A stretch of 64,000 bases of DNA from the NCBI GenBank assembly GCA_951406725.2, contig OX597832.1, forward strand, positions 12,958,001 to 13,022,000, in the 5' to 3' direction. A program made the position numbers and the translations under genes. The notes under the pieces are model-generated. The model saw nothing but the letters and a program-made list of their open reading frames with translations. It searched no databases and was not told where the DNA came from. Below, one piece after another: positions 43,441 to 57,929 of the stretch; position 1 is the stretch's first letter; each line of letters starts with the position of its first letter. Source of the stretch: Octopus vulgaris (taxonomy: Eukaryota).

Positions 43441-43483
43441 TCTCGCCTGAAGAGTGCACATGCATGAAACTTGAGTCCCGAGA
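43441..43483 (+). ncRNA. Near-canonical minimal type-I hammerhead ribozyme motif (sense to the neuroligin pre-mRNA)
   Basis: UCUCGC-CUGAAGA-GUGC-ACAU-GCAU-GAAA-C-UUGA-GUC-CCGAGA: intact core, stem II, short stem III, GUC triplet at 43475-43477, stem I UCUCG/CGAGA with one C-C mismatch next to the core. Confidence 0.7.
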
Positions 43484-46351
43484 TAAAACTTTTGTTTCAC
43501 GAAACTATACATACGCACATAAACGCGTATGGATACACATAGGTGCATACATGCATACATAGACACACACACACACGCGCATATAAGTATCTATTCGTAC
43601 GTAATCATGAGAGATAAGTATTTATACGTATATAATTATATATCTGTACATGTACACATACATATGTTGAATTTGCTTCTATAAATATATATTTATACGC
43701 ACGCACACAAACCTATACACAAACAGCATACACATGCGCATATTTTCTTCTAGCTATAACTATTTCAATCACTTTCATATGCCTAGACAATTCTCTGACT
43801 CCTTCACTATTTATTATAAATTTAGCAATTCGTGCGATATGTTAAATAATTCTGGAAATTAATTATCCTTTTGTATTAACACTTTTGTATTTATATTAGC
43901 AGAAAGCATTGAATAATCTCTAAAGTTTAAGTGTCTGATTCTCCTTTGGAATATTGTTACCGGGTCTCCTCATTCTTTCGTTTCAGCTGATTATCACTCT
44001 CATTTGCAAACATTACGCTTAGTTAATTTTATCATTAAGTATTTATATTAAATATCTACCTCTATATTAATACGATGTAGTCTTTGTTTGCACTGGTAAG
44101 ATAAATTGACTATATGCATTTCCCTGAAGGTATATTATACGACAAACATTTTAACATCGGATGTAATTTGGTAATGTCATTCTAAATACATACAGCGAAG
44201 TATCAGTCGTCTGATTACTCCCTTTTCATTAATTTGACATTTCAAATTAAACTTATCTGCTATTCGCTTCCCTTTTGTTCCGGCACATCTGCAGAAACGT
44301 GTCTATGGGTAACACATTAACGCACCACTGCCGCTTTATAATCAATTTGTATGGAAGTTTGAAATATGTTATCGACACACTATTTACAAGTTGCTTTCTC
44401 TAACATCTAAGCATCAATGATCGATGGAATTGCATAAGAGACGGCGGACGGAAACAAGGAAAAACACAGCTGCATTGTAAAACAAAAACTTTTCAACCGG
44501 AAACTGGAGTTGATGTTATTTGTTACGCTCTAGCTACTTGTACAACTGAAGTTTCACGCAATTTCAATATGCAAATTGCAGACTGTACTCATAGACAACA
44601 TATATACTCAATCACACACATCATACTCACATATTTACATGTTGTGTCGGTTCTATAAATGACAAATACGTTTGTCAACAGTATTAATTGCTTTGAGATC
44701 AATGACAACACACTGACAAAGAGGCTTCTATGGTGTACACCGCATGATGTATACGAAGCAGTCATAGTTACAAGCTCACTTTTCAATATTTCCATTCAGT
44801 TCTCATATTAGTCCTTTCTTTTTCAAACATTAGTTTATTGATACAGAATTGTACAAAAGCATAAATTTACATTTGTAAATAACGTTATAGTTCTGCTGTT
44901 ATTTTTACTCATGAAACCTTTGCAGATTAACAGCGGTTAAAACTTTTCCTATAAGACAAAATACTTGAATCACTGACCATATCACCATGTAGACTTCCCA
45001 TGGAAATAAGGCAACACAAATATTCAAACACCAGACGCATAAAACTGGTTATCATTTCCCTATTCTTCACTGCTAATTGTAGTTTTCTAAAGGCTCGAGA
45101 GATTTATGGCTACACATAGATGTTACATCAAATTTTATACTTTGCTGCAAAGCTCTTCAGCTTACCTACTGACTCTTCTTTCGAATTCAGTAACATCTAT
45201 CCTAATCTCTTTTCGATGAAATCATATTTATTTTCTAACTCAAATTAAAATGTTTTCACTACTGACAGAGTTTGTTACTTGCTACATTTTCTAGACATAG
45301 AAATAAATTTTAATTCGCGAATGTAATTAATTTACGCCTTAAAATACTATCAGAAATCAGCATTTACAATTTTATATCATTTGTCATCTATTCATTAAAT
45401 ACATTCGAAATTTCATTGAATATATTTGGTTGTTCAAAATAGAAAAAGAAATTTTTTCAAACAATTTATTTTATATATATATATTTGTTTAGTTATTTAT
45501 TTATTGGTAACTTGTTTAATCCATTTTACGCAGCGAAAATAACTTATCTTTAGGAATTTTTTTCTGATAAATTCATTCGTTGGAAGCACACAAAAAACAA
45601 AAAAAAAAAGGAAATGACTTTTACTATGTTTGGTTAACATAATAGTTTGTCATATATACTCCCAAGGGAGACATTATTGTATCTCATAATTTGATATATA
45701 AATATAATTGTTGGGTTTAACAATACTGTTTGACGGTTAACAGATCATATACTAAATGAATATTTCATAATCCCACATAGAAAAAGAAAAAATATAAAAC
45801 CAAAAATAAAAACAATATTCTTTGGCAAAATATATTTAGAAATAAATATAACATGAATTAGTAATAGTTGACAAGCATGAATTACTTGAAAAGCAATCAC
45901 AAAAATCAATGTGGAAAAATGAGACTATTGTAACAAATATTTTTTCTAATTTTGGTACAAGGACAGCAATTTTAGTGGGGGTTGGTTGGTTATTGCATTA
46001 CAATGACCCCAGTACTTGAACAGTTCTTTATGTTATCGTTTTCCGGGAGAAGGAAATGCAGAGTTGACCTCGGTGGTATTTCAAATGAAAACATTAAAAG
46101 AAATGCTGATAAGTGTGTTACTTGCCTCATTAATAAGATGAATCAAAATAATCCATTCTACGATAGGCACAAGTCATCAAATGTCTTGGGAGGGAGGAGT
46201 CGCTTATATTAACCCCAACTGTCCAATCCGACTTCATAGATCAGGAAAGGATGAATGGCATTCTCAAACCTGGCAGGATTTGGGCTCAAAACTTAAAGAA
46301 GTACGAAATACTGCTAAACATTTTGTCGATTTAATAAGTGTCGCAATAATA

Positions 46352-46914
46352 TTGAGTTGTCCAGAAAGTTATTGCCGATTTATAGTAGCTTACCTTTCGA
46401 CTTATTTTAGAACATGGTTGAGTCTATAAAATAGGATTTGACTACACTTCCATTTAGAGCACAGTTTAAGCTACCTTCGTGGGAAAAGGTTTATGTTCCT
46501 ATAACCTGTATTAATTCTGTAACCCTTTAAAATGGAAGATAAGAAAGTTTATTTTCGGCATTTGATACTTTGGGAACCAGAAAAAAAGTTGCTGCAGCTC
46601 GGCTGGGATGTTACCCCACCTTCCATATTCACCAAATATTGCTCCTTCGGATTTCCGCTTATTCAGGTCTCTGCAGAATAGTCTTAATGGTAAAAATTTC
46701 AATTGTTTGGATGACGTAAAAGGATACTTTGTTGAATTCTTTGCCATGAAACCATCTCAATTCTGGGAAGAGAGTATTTTTAGGTTAAAGGAAAGATGGA
46801 GACGCATTGTGCAACAAAATGATTCATATTTGGTTGATTAAAAATGCAATGGCATGTATTTATTAACCTTTTTCTTTCCTTTAAAAATCGCCACGAACTT
46901 TCCGGACAACCCTA
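46352..46914 (+). mobile_element. Internally deleted mariner transposon with both TIRs; transposase C-terminal remnant at 46608-46841
   Basis: TIRs ttgagttgtccagaaagttattgccgattt and (rev-comp) tagggttgtccggaaagttcgtggcgattt with TA flanks; peptide LPHLPYSPNIAPSDFRLFRSLQNSLNGKNF...WRRIVQQNDSY (YSPDLAPSD motif). Confidence 0.9.
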
Positions 46915-47146
46915 TATATTTACTTCTTGTTATTGACTTGTTGATGTTTTTTGTTGTTACTTATTAGCAAAACTCAGCCTTTTCTGAAGAGAACAATATT
47001 TCAAAACTACTTTCGCGTTTTGAAGAGCGGCGAGCTGGCAGAATAATTAGCCTTGGAGGCAATGTAATCGGCTTACCCACAACCGCCAAAAGTGCTGGGC
47101 TTCTGTCAAAATTTGGAACCAGTGATAACAAAATATCTTAAACATA

Positions 47147-47305
47147 GACGCAGGCGTGGCTGAGTGGTAAGAAGCTTGCTTCTCAACCACATGTTTCCGA
47201 GTACAGTCCCACTGCGTGGCAACTTAGGCAAGTGTCTACTATAGCCTCGAACCGACCCAAAACTAGTGAATCAATTTGGTAGACGGAGACTGAAACAAGC
47301 CCATC

Positions 47306-47341
<36 letters not shown>

Positions 47342-47554
47342 TTTTATGTGTGCCCCTGTTTGTCCCCCACAATCGCTTGACAACCGATGTTGGTGTGTTT
47401 ACGTCCTCGTAACTTAACGGCTCCGCAAAAGCAATCAATAGAATAAGGACTAGGTTTACAAAGAATAAGTCCTAGGGTCGATTAGTTCGACTAAAGGTGG
47501 TGCAATAGCATGGCTGCTATCAAATGACTGAAACAAGTAAAAGAATAAAAGAAT
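47147..47554 (+). mobile_element. SINE family A, full-length, with internal (TA)n microsatellite
   Basis: Head gacgcaggcgtggctgagtggtaagaagcttgc (A-box-like), central (TA)n at ~47307-47337, tail gcatggctgctatcaaatgactgaaacaagtaaaagaataaaagaa. Confidence 0.88.
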
Positions 47555-48504
47555 AGCGATAAAAGTCATAATTTTAACGGCGATAGCGATGATGAGGAGG
47601 AGGAGGAGGGGGAGGAGGAGGAGGAGGAGCAATTATGTCATGCTTTAAATAATATTGTTTCACACAATTATATGACAAAACTAATAGATTTAATATAGTA
47701 TATATGAATCAGAACTAGATAAAATATCTTGATAATTTTCTCTTTCCAACATAGTTCGTATTCTCGAATTATTAAACGGAATCATAATGCAGAGGTAGTA
47801 TTGAAAATACACGGGAAAGCATGATTCGTAGGAAATGGTTGTGATTCACACGCTCAATATTTCATCTATGTGGAACGACTAGCAATGATTGTTTACAAAA
47901 ATCTACAACTGCGAATATTACGTTGAAAATATGAGAAATGACATTCTACTGCTAGCATCAGATGATGAGAAATATTCAAACTGACATCTCAGATAATTGT
48001 AACCAACGAGGAGATCGTAAAGAAACAACAAATCAAGTTATTTTTTAGATGTACGTTTAGGAAAATATAAGTTTATTAAAGAGTAAAAGATCTCTAGCAA
48101 CAATTCCTGGACATTCCTTCTGCTTGATGTAAACTGAAGCTAATATTATCACGTTTAAGAAAATATATATTGGCTAATATAGCCTGGAAAAATAAAATGG
48201 GTTAGTAATGGTTTCAATGGTATTGATTATAGATCAATTCTTTCGTGTGGTTAATTTAATGGTTTAAACACCAATGTAAAAATGGCACAGAAATCGGAAG
48301 TTATTGAATATTCGATCTCAGTAGTTCTAGCAAACGTTAGTGAAATAGTTTCTTTCGGAAGCCAGTTGACCTAGTTATGATTGATCCTACCCCTAGAAAC
48401 CTACAGTGCTTCAGGAGGTATAAAAACTTCGTTCTTAGTAGTGCCAGAATATATTAGAGAAATAATTTACTTTAATTATTAATTATTAATTAATACTTCC
48501 TTAA

Positions 48505-48714
48505 AGCAGCGAGCTGGCAGATTCGTTGGCACGCCGGGCGAAATGTGCAGTGCATTTCGTCAATTTTTTATGTTCTGAGCTCAAATGCCGCTGAAGTCGA
48601 TTTTGCCTTTCACCCTTTCGGATTCGATAAAGTAAGTACCAGTTGAGTACCAGGGTTCATTTAACCGAGTTACCCTTCCCTGAGATTGCTGAGCTAGTGC
48701 CAAACTTTGAAACC
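48505..48714 (+). mobile_element. SINE family B copy; another at ~49068-49284
   Basis: gcagcgagctggcagattcgttggcacgccgggcgaaatg...gataaagtaagtaccagttgag...gtgccaaactttgaaacc. Confidence 0.82.
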
Positions 48715-50096
48715 AATTAATACTACACTTAAGTATTGTCTCTACATATTGTTGATAAACTGGCTGAGTTTTGTATTTGGTATTTCTATTTCGTATTTGG
48801 TATTTCCATTTCGCATTTGTTATTTCTATCACAATGCATAATGTTTTCCGCTGCTAGAAATTTAATTGTTGTATTGGCAGAATGGCTAGAGCTTCGACAA
48901 AGTATCCTTCCGTAATATGTTCCGGTACTTTACGCTTTGAATTCAAGTACCTATGCCGTCAACTTTTACATTTTACTCTTTTAGATACGTATCAGCTACG
49001 TTTCTTCGAAATTGCTGGCGATGTACATAAATGAGAAACTATTACTATTATTTCAAGAGACGCTAAGGGGCCAGCTGGCAGAATCCTAAGCACGCCAGAC
49101 AAAATGCTTACCAGCATTATGTTCGCCTTTACGTTCTGACTTCAAATTCCTCCGAGGTCGACATTGCTTTTCATACTTTCCGGATCGATAGAATAAGTAA
49201 CAGTTGAACACTGGGATCGATGTCTGAATGTGTGTCCTTAGCCACTCAACCAAACCTGCTGGCCTTATGCCAAACTTTGAAACCGTTATTTCGAGAGACG
49301 CTGATTTGCAGAATTGGTATTTGTTCTCGATCTATGTTTCTTGAATTCACATCATGCAGAGGGCAAATTCGCCGTTCTCTGTTAGATATGTACAAATCAA
49401 GTAACAGAGAGGATTTTAAAGGAATAACACTTTCCCAAAATTAATGGAATTTTGTCATCTATAGATGAAGATGATGAATTGTCAAAATCAAAGTCTACAA
49501 AGTAATCTGTTTGCAATCGAAAATATTCTTGCTTGTTTTGAATAAAATCAATTACAAGTCAACAACTGGAGGGATATATGATTAACTGTTCGGTTCCCTA
49601 AGAATTAGTGAAATTCTTTGCATGTTATAAATAATTTTCTCTATTGAAATTATAAATAGCAATTTCTAACATGTGCACGATATCTTTCCTTTCCAAGTTC
49701 TGTATGTTGGAATGTTACACACACAATTTTTAAACAAGGATCATAAGCAGGTGCAATGAAACACCTCAGGTATAGGTATTCCCTGTACCGGTTTTTTACG
49801 ATTTTTCTACTCAATAATTCTTAAAATGGTCATTACAAAAATGTATTTCTATTAGAAGTACGTGGGTACATTTGCAGGAAATTCATGGGGAATATTTAAG
49901 GAGGAATTGGAGTCGGCATGCAACTGCTGAAACATAGAGCTTTGTCTTTCGTAAAAGCAAATACTACAGAAAAAGTACTGACAATACTAGCAGGTACTCA
50001 ACAACAAGAATACTCCTCAGTGGATGAAGGAACAACCTCATAGACGTTATAACGATATGTAAGTTAATGGAGAACATTGGACATCTAAAGCAACAA

Positions 50097-50339
50097 TATT
50101 CTTCTTCTTCTAACAGCTCAGTCGAAGTCGATTCTCGGTCACTCGTTGGATCAGTGTCCTCCAGTCAGTTCTATCCTGGGCCGCTTCTTTCAAACTGGCT
50201 ATGTCCATTCCGGTATCACTCTTGATGGTGTCAAGCCAGCGGGTTCTTGGTCGGCCTCTTCCTCTCTTGCCACTGACCATTCCGAGCATGATGTCTTTCT
50301 CCATGGATTTTCTCCGCATAATATGACCGAAATATGCCA
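50097..50339 (-). mobile_element. RTE-clade LINE, 5'-truncated copy with (GAA)n tail and 14-bp TSD
   Basis: Uninterrupted ORF end AYFGHIMRRKSMEKDIMLGMVSGKRGRGRPRTRWLDTIK...AAQDRTDWR (RTE C-terminal signature); tail gaagaagaagaa; TSD atctaaagcaacaa at 50083-50096 and 50340-50353. Confidence 0.9.
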
Positions 50340-52063
50340 ATCTAAAGCAACAAAATAGTCATAGCTAAAATGAACTTACTCCTCGATTAGGATTCATCTA
50401 CGACTACACATGAACACCAAATTGGTTAGAGAATACTTATACAGGAATCGCAAAGTACCAGCACATTTCATTTTACCAATGCCATTTACCATGGCTCACA
50501 ATCTGTACTGTGCAAGCAAGCATTGCAAATTTACGTCAAGCTTGCTTACAGCAACCAGATTTTAAAAGACTTGACCATAAACTATATCTCCCTGTAGTTT
50601 TTCTATCATGGAAATAACTGTCAGCTAAATGAATGTACAATATATTTTAGTGTAAAATCCACTGTGAGAATATTATTATACTTTATCTACATTGTACGTA
50701 TTTGTTCGATATTCATACACACACACATACACAAACACACACACACACACACATATATACATATATAAATATGCGTGTGTTCTACACACACACTACCAGA
50801 GAGAGATTGTGTGTGCGTATATATATATAGATGCATAGATATATATGTATTCCTATATATATATATATATACACGCGCATATATATATGGTATTCTCTGC
50901 CAAAATACACAAGCTGCAGACAAGTTTTATGAGGTACCGATGCTAGAGAGAAGAGATAATGTATGCTTTATAGCATTATTAATATTGGTAGAAATATAAG
51001 ATAGGCGTACGCCGAGTTTTCAGAATGATTGATGAAGTTGGCAATGAGATTTAACATTATATTAGCATAAACTTGTTATATAGAGACAAGTGAGAAAATA
51101 TGTGTTAATGGGATTTCTTACAAAGGCTTTATACTGTGAAAATTTACCGAGTGTGGATAGCAGTTTTAGATATTTTTGTGTTCGGAGCACTAAAGTGATT
51201 AAATGGTATTATTACAAACAATTGGTATATTTATAGGGATATATTCTGCTTCAGCTTGTATAGATTACTTCTAAATTGTTTTCCGACCAGCAACATCAGT
51301 GTTAACTGTGCATCAGATATAAATAGAGATAACAGAAACGTGAACTCTAACTATTGTAGAGTAATTGGGAATGTTCCCTGGGGATTCAGCGTTCGAATGC
51401 ATTTCTCATTCTCAATAAATGAATATTTATTGGTTACTTCACATCGAATCTGGTATTCAAAAACGATATCTTAGTAAGAGGACACAGGAGATTTAATCAA
51501 AAATCTTTTTCGTAACACAGCAAGACTAAAAAAATTAACCTTCTACCACTCGACTCAATAAAACTACTAGATAAATACGCACTTTTATATAACCCTCCTG
51601 TCTTTCATAAAGGAAGACTCGATGGATAGTACATACCTAAATATACTACACCTAAACAAAATAAACAAACAGATGAGGTAGTCAAGCATGGAGAGGTTTT
51701 GATCTTAAACCTGATTAAACTGCATTGTTGGAATTTGACGAAAAAACTGTCCTTCAACTATCTTCATTTAAATTATAATATTCATATTTTTAATTTCTCT
51801 AAGATACGCTGAAGACACAGAGTAAGAAATAGTCCTCGTAGTACTGAAGACTGCAACAAGCTTTTAACTTAAATTCTTATATCTTTTATATTTCGTATCA
51901 TAATTTGTGAGCTAAAAATTCATTGCCTATAGATACCAATGGATCAACTATCGCTTCATTGCATTTATGAAAGTAAAACTTGGATGAAAGAAACATTACA
52001 TGATATTTGTACTTCGAAAGCATTTTCATCGACTTTCCTTTCGTTTACATGTTCCTTCATTGA

Positions 52064-52280
52064 TCTTTTACATGTTTCAGTCATTAAAACTGCAAGCAAT
52101 GAAGAGGCGCCGTCTCGAAGAATTTTTAGTCGAATGAACGAACCCAGTAATTTTGTTTATTTAGCCTTGTATTTATTTTGTCGGTTTCTTTTCCCGAACC
52201 GCTATGTAGCTGAGAGATAAGCATACCGACACCAGTTGTCAAACGTTGGTGGGAAAAAGACACAAACACACAGGCACACA

Positions 52281-52313
<33 letters not shown>

Positions 52314-52466
52314 CGGACTCCATTCAATTTCTATCTGCCAAACCCACACAGAAGGCGTTCGTTGGCCGGGGCCATAGTAGAAGACACTTGCCCAAGGGGC
52401 CACGCAATTAGACTGGCACTGGAAATATGAGGATGGGAAGCAAGCTTCTTGCCACGCAGCCACACC
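52064..52466 (-). mobile_element. SINE family A, full-length diverged copy with internal (CA)n
   Basis: Minus-strand head ggtgtggctgcgtggcaagaagcttgcttccc; tail ...gcagttttaatgactgaaacatgtaaaaga. Confidence 0.8.
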
Positions 52467-53107
52467 GTCGAATTATAGCATCCACTCACAAAGAAACATA
52501 CACAGAAGTACATATACATACATGAATATCAAGGGACTTCTATCAATGAATTTCAGATCTACTGAGTTAGATATTATTACATTTAATTTGCGAAGTGAAT
52601 ATTCAATAGTTGCAACCACCGTTTAAGTAATTTTCAGGGACAATCCGCTTGAAATACCAACTGAGAAAAATGACGATTGAATTGCAGTAATACCCTACCC
52701 AAGGGGCTCAAAACAAGTTTTATTCTACCCAAGTTTTCTTATATCTCTGTCTTTCTAATCTTTGGAAAATGACACTTGTCACACAGTATGTTAAAAATCC
52801 TACAGGATTCCGTATGGACACACTATACCCAATTATTTTAACATTGTGGCCCCCATTTAAATTGGCTACCTGTGATCATTCATGCATTTTCTTACTCGGC
52901 GGGTATGATTAAGCAGGATTATTGAACTCAGCATAAATAAGCCAAGACACGTTTATTGGAAAGCATTCATAGAATGTAGTATGGAAATACCGTTTCCATA
53001 TTTGGAAACTATTATTGAGAGACAATTGGAAATGTCATATTACAGATTGTTATAATGAATTAGAGTAAATTCCAAAATCAACTGCCTACGAGGATCTAGC
53101 TTGGGAG

Positions 53108-53324
<217 letters not shown>

Positions 53325-53702
53325 AAGGCAGAGACAGACATACATAGTTATATACTTATAAGAATTTATAAATATAATATCAAGTGAATTACATTCGAAA
53401 AAGACTATAGTTTAAAAAGCGGTTTAAGAAATATATGCATAGAAGCATACATAAGCCATATTTAGATACTATTTCAAGAGATTAAAAAACAAGCATAAAC
53501 AAAATTACATTTATACAAAGGTCTGTAGATATACGCAGGAGTACTAGAGTGCATTTATGTATGGAAGTATGTGCGAGTGTGTAGCAAAAGAAAAGTCACA
53601 CGTAATGTACGCACACTAAGGCACAGACAAACAACATTACACACAGACACACACAAATATTCTACGATACAAAAAAGATTTTGTATGTATGGAAGTATGT
53701 AT

Positions 53703-53771
<69 letters not shown>

Positions 53772-54134
53772 ATTGTCCAATAGTTTGGTCATTGCTTTTA
53801 TAGTTGCCGAATTTTACTCTCGTTTGATTCTGTTTCTTTATGTTCATAATTATGTTATGCTTAAGATTATTTTTTCGTCGAATGGAGGGTGGGGTTGGTT
53901 TCAAAGACACAAGTGATAAATACTTTATAATCCACAAGAAAAATAAAGATGAAGCAACTCATCCGTTATCAATAGAGATTACTTGATGCTCGCACGCAAG
54001 AATGCATCCATTTCTTTGATCTGTATAAGACGATGCAATTGTCATTTCTCTGTAAACACAATATCGTATTTTCTAGTCCAATGAAGAGCAGCCTGCATAT
54101 AAGTACTCTCAAACACACACACACACACACACAC

Positions 54135-54201
<67 letters not shown>

Positions 54202-54507
54202 CGCATATATATGCATATATCAACGTGTGTGCACATATTTATGTAAATACAAATATATATATATGTCTATATGTCTATGTGAATATATATATATAAATAT
54301 ATATACGTAAATAAATATGTATGCGAGTATATGTATATATATATATATATAAATATACATAATATATATACATATATACATAATGATATATATACACGCA
54401 TATATGTGTGAGTGTAAATAGGTAGGTAGGAAAGTATATATATATATGTCGGTGTGTGTGTATATATATAAATATATATATATATACGTAAATAAATATG
54501 AATGCGA

Positions 54508-54547
<40 letters not shown>

Positions 54548-55144
54548 ATATACATAATAATATATATACACGCATATACGTGTGAGTGTAAATAGGTACG
54601 TAGGTATGTAAGTAAGTAGGTAGGTATGTAGGTAGGCTGGTAGGTAGACAGTTAATGTGTTGATATAAATACGATTCATCTAGTATATGTATACTCTTCA
54701 TCTAGTATATGTATACGCTTGGTACCCTAGCATACGCGCTAGGGGTTACACTTACCTTTGACACACTTACACACAAACACACATATAAATATATGCGCAT
54801 ATATATGTGTGCATGTGTATGTGGATATATGCAAATACAATTTTATGTATGTATAAATGAATATGCATAAGTTTATATTTAGTAAATTGATTGTGAAAGT
54901 AAATACAAAATTACGAATAAAGCTACCAATAAACATGCGCACCTACACTCTCCCTTCCCTTTCACTCCATTTCTTTCTTCTACTACTTCTACAATATATA
55001 TATATATACACATACAAACATATCTATACATACATACATTCATACATATATATCAATACATACACACATATATATATGTATATATATATATATATATGGA
55101 TATATGGAGATATATATTTATGCATCATATATATATATACTTAT

Positions 55145-55182
<38 letters not shown>

Positions 55183-55230
55183 ATATATGGAGATATATAT
55201 TTATGCATACATATACATACCTATCCATAC

Positions 55231-55281
<51 letters not shown>

Positions 55282-55851
55282 ATACATACGGTACGTAGGT
55301 ATACATTTATGTATGTGTGTGAGTGTGTATTATATTAACTGACGTTGTTTGTTCATATGCATAAACATCATCGTGCATGTGCGTTCTTTCCTGTAGTTTT
55401 TCATACTCGAGTATGCACATGCGCATCCTTCATACATGCGTTTACCATTTTATGAGCTTCCGTTATATGTTTTTCTTACACTTTTACTATATATTCCTTT
55501 GTTCCCGATGGTTTATTGTAGAATAATCAATTAGAATTTCTCTTAGAAATATTTCAAAGCATAAAAGTACTTCAACACATTAGTGGTAGGATATAGTTCT
55601 GCTAGAGTGACTTTACTGCTTCAAATAGTTAACAGTTTATATCGAAGGATTCAAGCGTATCACATTGAGCAAGTCATCTGCCGGTGTAGTTTGTACAATA
55701 TCTTCCAAGACAAACAGCTTTCTTGATACACTTATGTGTATGAAATACATAGAAGTACATTATAGTTTCCATATATGAGCATAGTATCTATTTATGTCTC
55801 TCTTTTTGTCTCTCTCCCTCCCTGTGAATATCTGTATATATATATATATAT

Positions 55852-56065
55852 CATTGATCTAAAAAAAAACGAATAAATAAACAAGGAAAAAAACAACAAC
55901 GCGAGTATGTGGTACATGCAAAGTATTAACAGACGCTCGGGCAAGGAAAGAAAGGTGTTTTTACGTTTCGAGCAGAGCTCTTCTTCAGAAACAAAACACA
56001 GAGGACAGTCTAAGGTAAAAGGAAAACGGAAAAAAGCAAAGTCGACAATGATCCACATGTAGTTA
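55852..56065 (-). mobile_element. Short (TA)n-associated repeat with a minimal hammerhead motif at 55957-55992
   Basis: Minus strand GUUU-CUGAAGA-A-GAGC-UCU-GCUC-GAAA-CGUA-AAAAC: intact core with an extra A and palindromic ACGU stem III. Confidence 0.65.
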
Positions 56066-56442
56066 CATTCTAAAATGACCGGACGGGAATGGGAGGAAGA
56101 AAAATTCCTTTCTAAGACAGGAGAGTGTAAGAGAATGAGGTAGATGTGTGTATGTGTGAGCATGTGCGTTCGCGCAAGTGTGTGTGTGTATAACAGCGTA
56201 TGTGTGTAATAGCAGCATGGTAACAGGGAGTGGTGGTCTTATACATACATATATACATATATATATCAATACGCATCTGCGCGCGCCATGTGTTTACGTG
56301 TCAAGATGTAGTTGTTCTATTATTCTGTATCTCGGCCTATATCCCTGTCTATTATACATATATACATACACACAGATAAATAGATAGATAGATAAATTAA
56401 TGGGGAGAGAAAGTGTATGTATATATATATATACATACATAC

Positions 56443-56717
<275 letters not shown>

Positions 56718-57384
56718 ATACATGTATATATATATACATCCTTATATACACATATATAAACATACGTGTTTATATACGCGTAGAGTGCGAAAGAGAGTGA
56801 AGGGCTTCATACACCAATATGTGTTGCGAATTTTCTTTGAGTCGGTTCAGAGTTCATATGGAAATTACAAAGGTTACAAAATTTATCGTACAGTATTTAT
56901 ATAAATTTACTTTATGAGAAACATATCGAAGATCATACAGAAAAAAAATATTAATAAATAAATAATAAATGGAAAGAATGCTTTGAATAATAAGATGAAA
57001 CATCTATGTATAAAATGTTTCCGTAGTTTAGAAAACAAGGGAAGTTGAACATTGGTTTTGAAAGGATGATATAATTATTGAGCGAGAATGCAATGAAAGA
57101 GAGATGCTACAAGAGGATGATATTAAGAATGAAGGAAGGAATTGAACGATAGATGGAATATTAATAAAAGATTCTTGGCATACTTCACGACTTAATTGAA
57201 GATTGGAAAATATCGATACTATATTTAAGTATATATTAAAACTGAATATATTACCAACAGTCGTTGAGAGCTAATACATATAGACTTCTATTCTTTTTTT
57301 GTTAGTTTCACCCATGCAAGACACCATGTGTGTGCTAAAGTAAAGCTTTGAAAATTGATTAAACCTGCTTCGTCACGGGACCAT

Positions 57385-57640
57385 GTGATTAGATGTCTTG
57401 CACGTGTAATGTTTTATAATGCTATTGAATTGTGTAAGGGAAGCTGTATAGACTACAACATTTGAGATACATGATCCTCGTAAAGGGAAATTCTGACAGT
57501 TACATGTTGGGAGTTTGGTTTTAGACTTGTAGACTTATGGTTGCAAATATTGTAGCATGTAATGTTTGAAAAGATATTGTCAAAGTAGACAAGATTAACT
57601 GACCGTGACAATGTAGGGAGCGAAGATTTTTAAGATCCAT
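57385..57640 (-). mobile_element. Degenerate Penelope-like retroelement remnant (Cys-rich linker plus GIY-YIG endonuclease)
   Basis: Minus-strand peptides LKIFAPYIVTVS*SCL and PTCNCQNFPLRGSCISNVVVYTASLTQFNSIIKHYTCKTS resemble the Penelope-like KIFNxxTVKxSYSC...CNCxxxxCPLxGxCLxxxVVYxA...YIGxT pattern. Confidence 0.6.
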
Positions 57641-57929
57641 GGGTTTTAGAAAGAAGCTTTTAAAAGTCTAAAAGTAACGAAATTGCTCGGATTTCTTCGA
57701 CAACATTAATACCACGTTAGGTGAGCTGACCAATATAGGCCTAGAAGCTATTTTGAATTTCACTCCGCCCTCAAAGTTTGGTTGAGATAGACGCGTTTTA
57801 TGTGCCAATAAGGCCCAACGAAATATGTCGACTACGATTTGTTTCCTGTCCTCACTAACTAGCGAATGTGCATATATCGTTAGCCACTAAACCGTTTCCT
57901 ATTTTCTCTCCCTGTTTATTTTTGCGTTC

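Noticed and set aside
45125-45165. Minus-strand CTGAAGA plus GCTTTG/CAAAGT hairpin; similar partial cases near 1254, 50014 and 63493
   Set aside because: Missing GAAA box, stem II or stem I pairing; compatible with chance or extreme decay.
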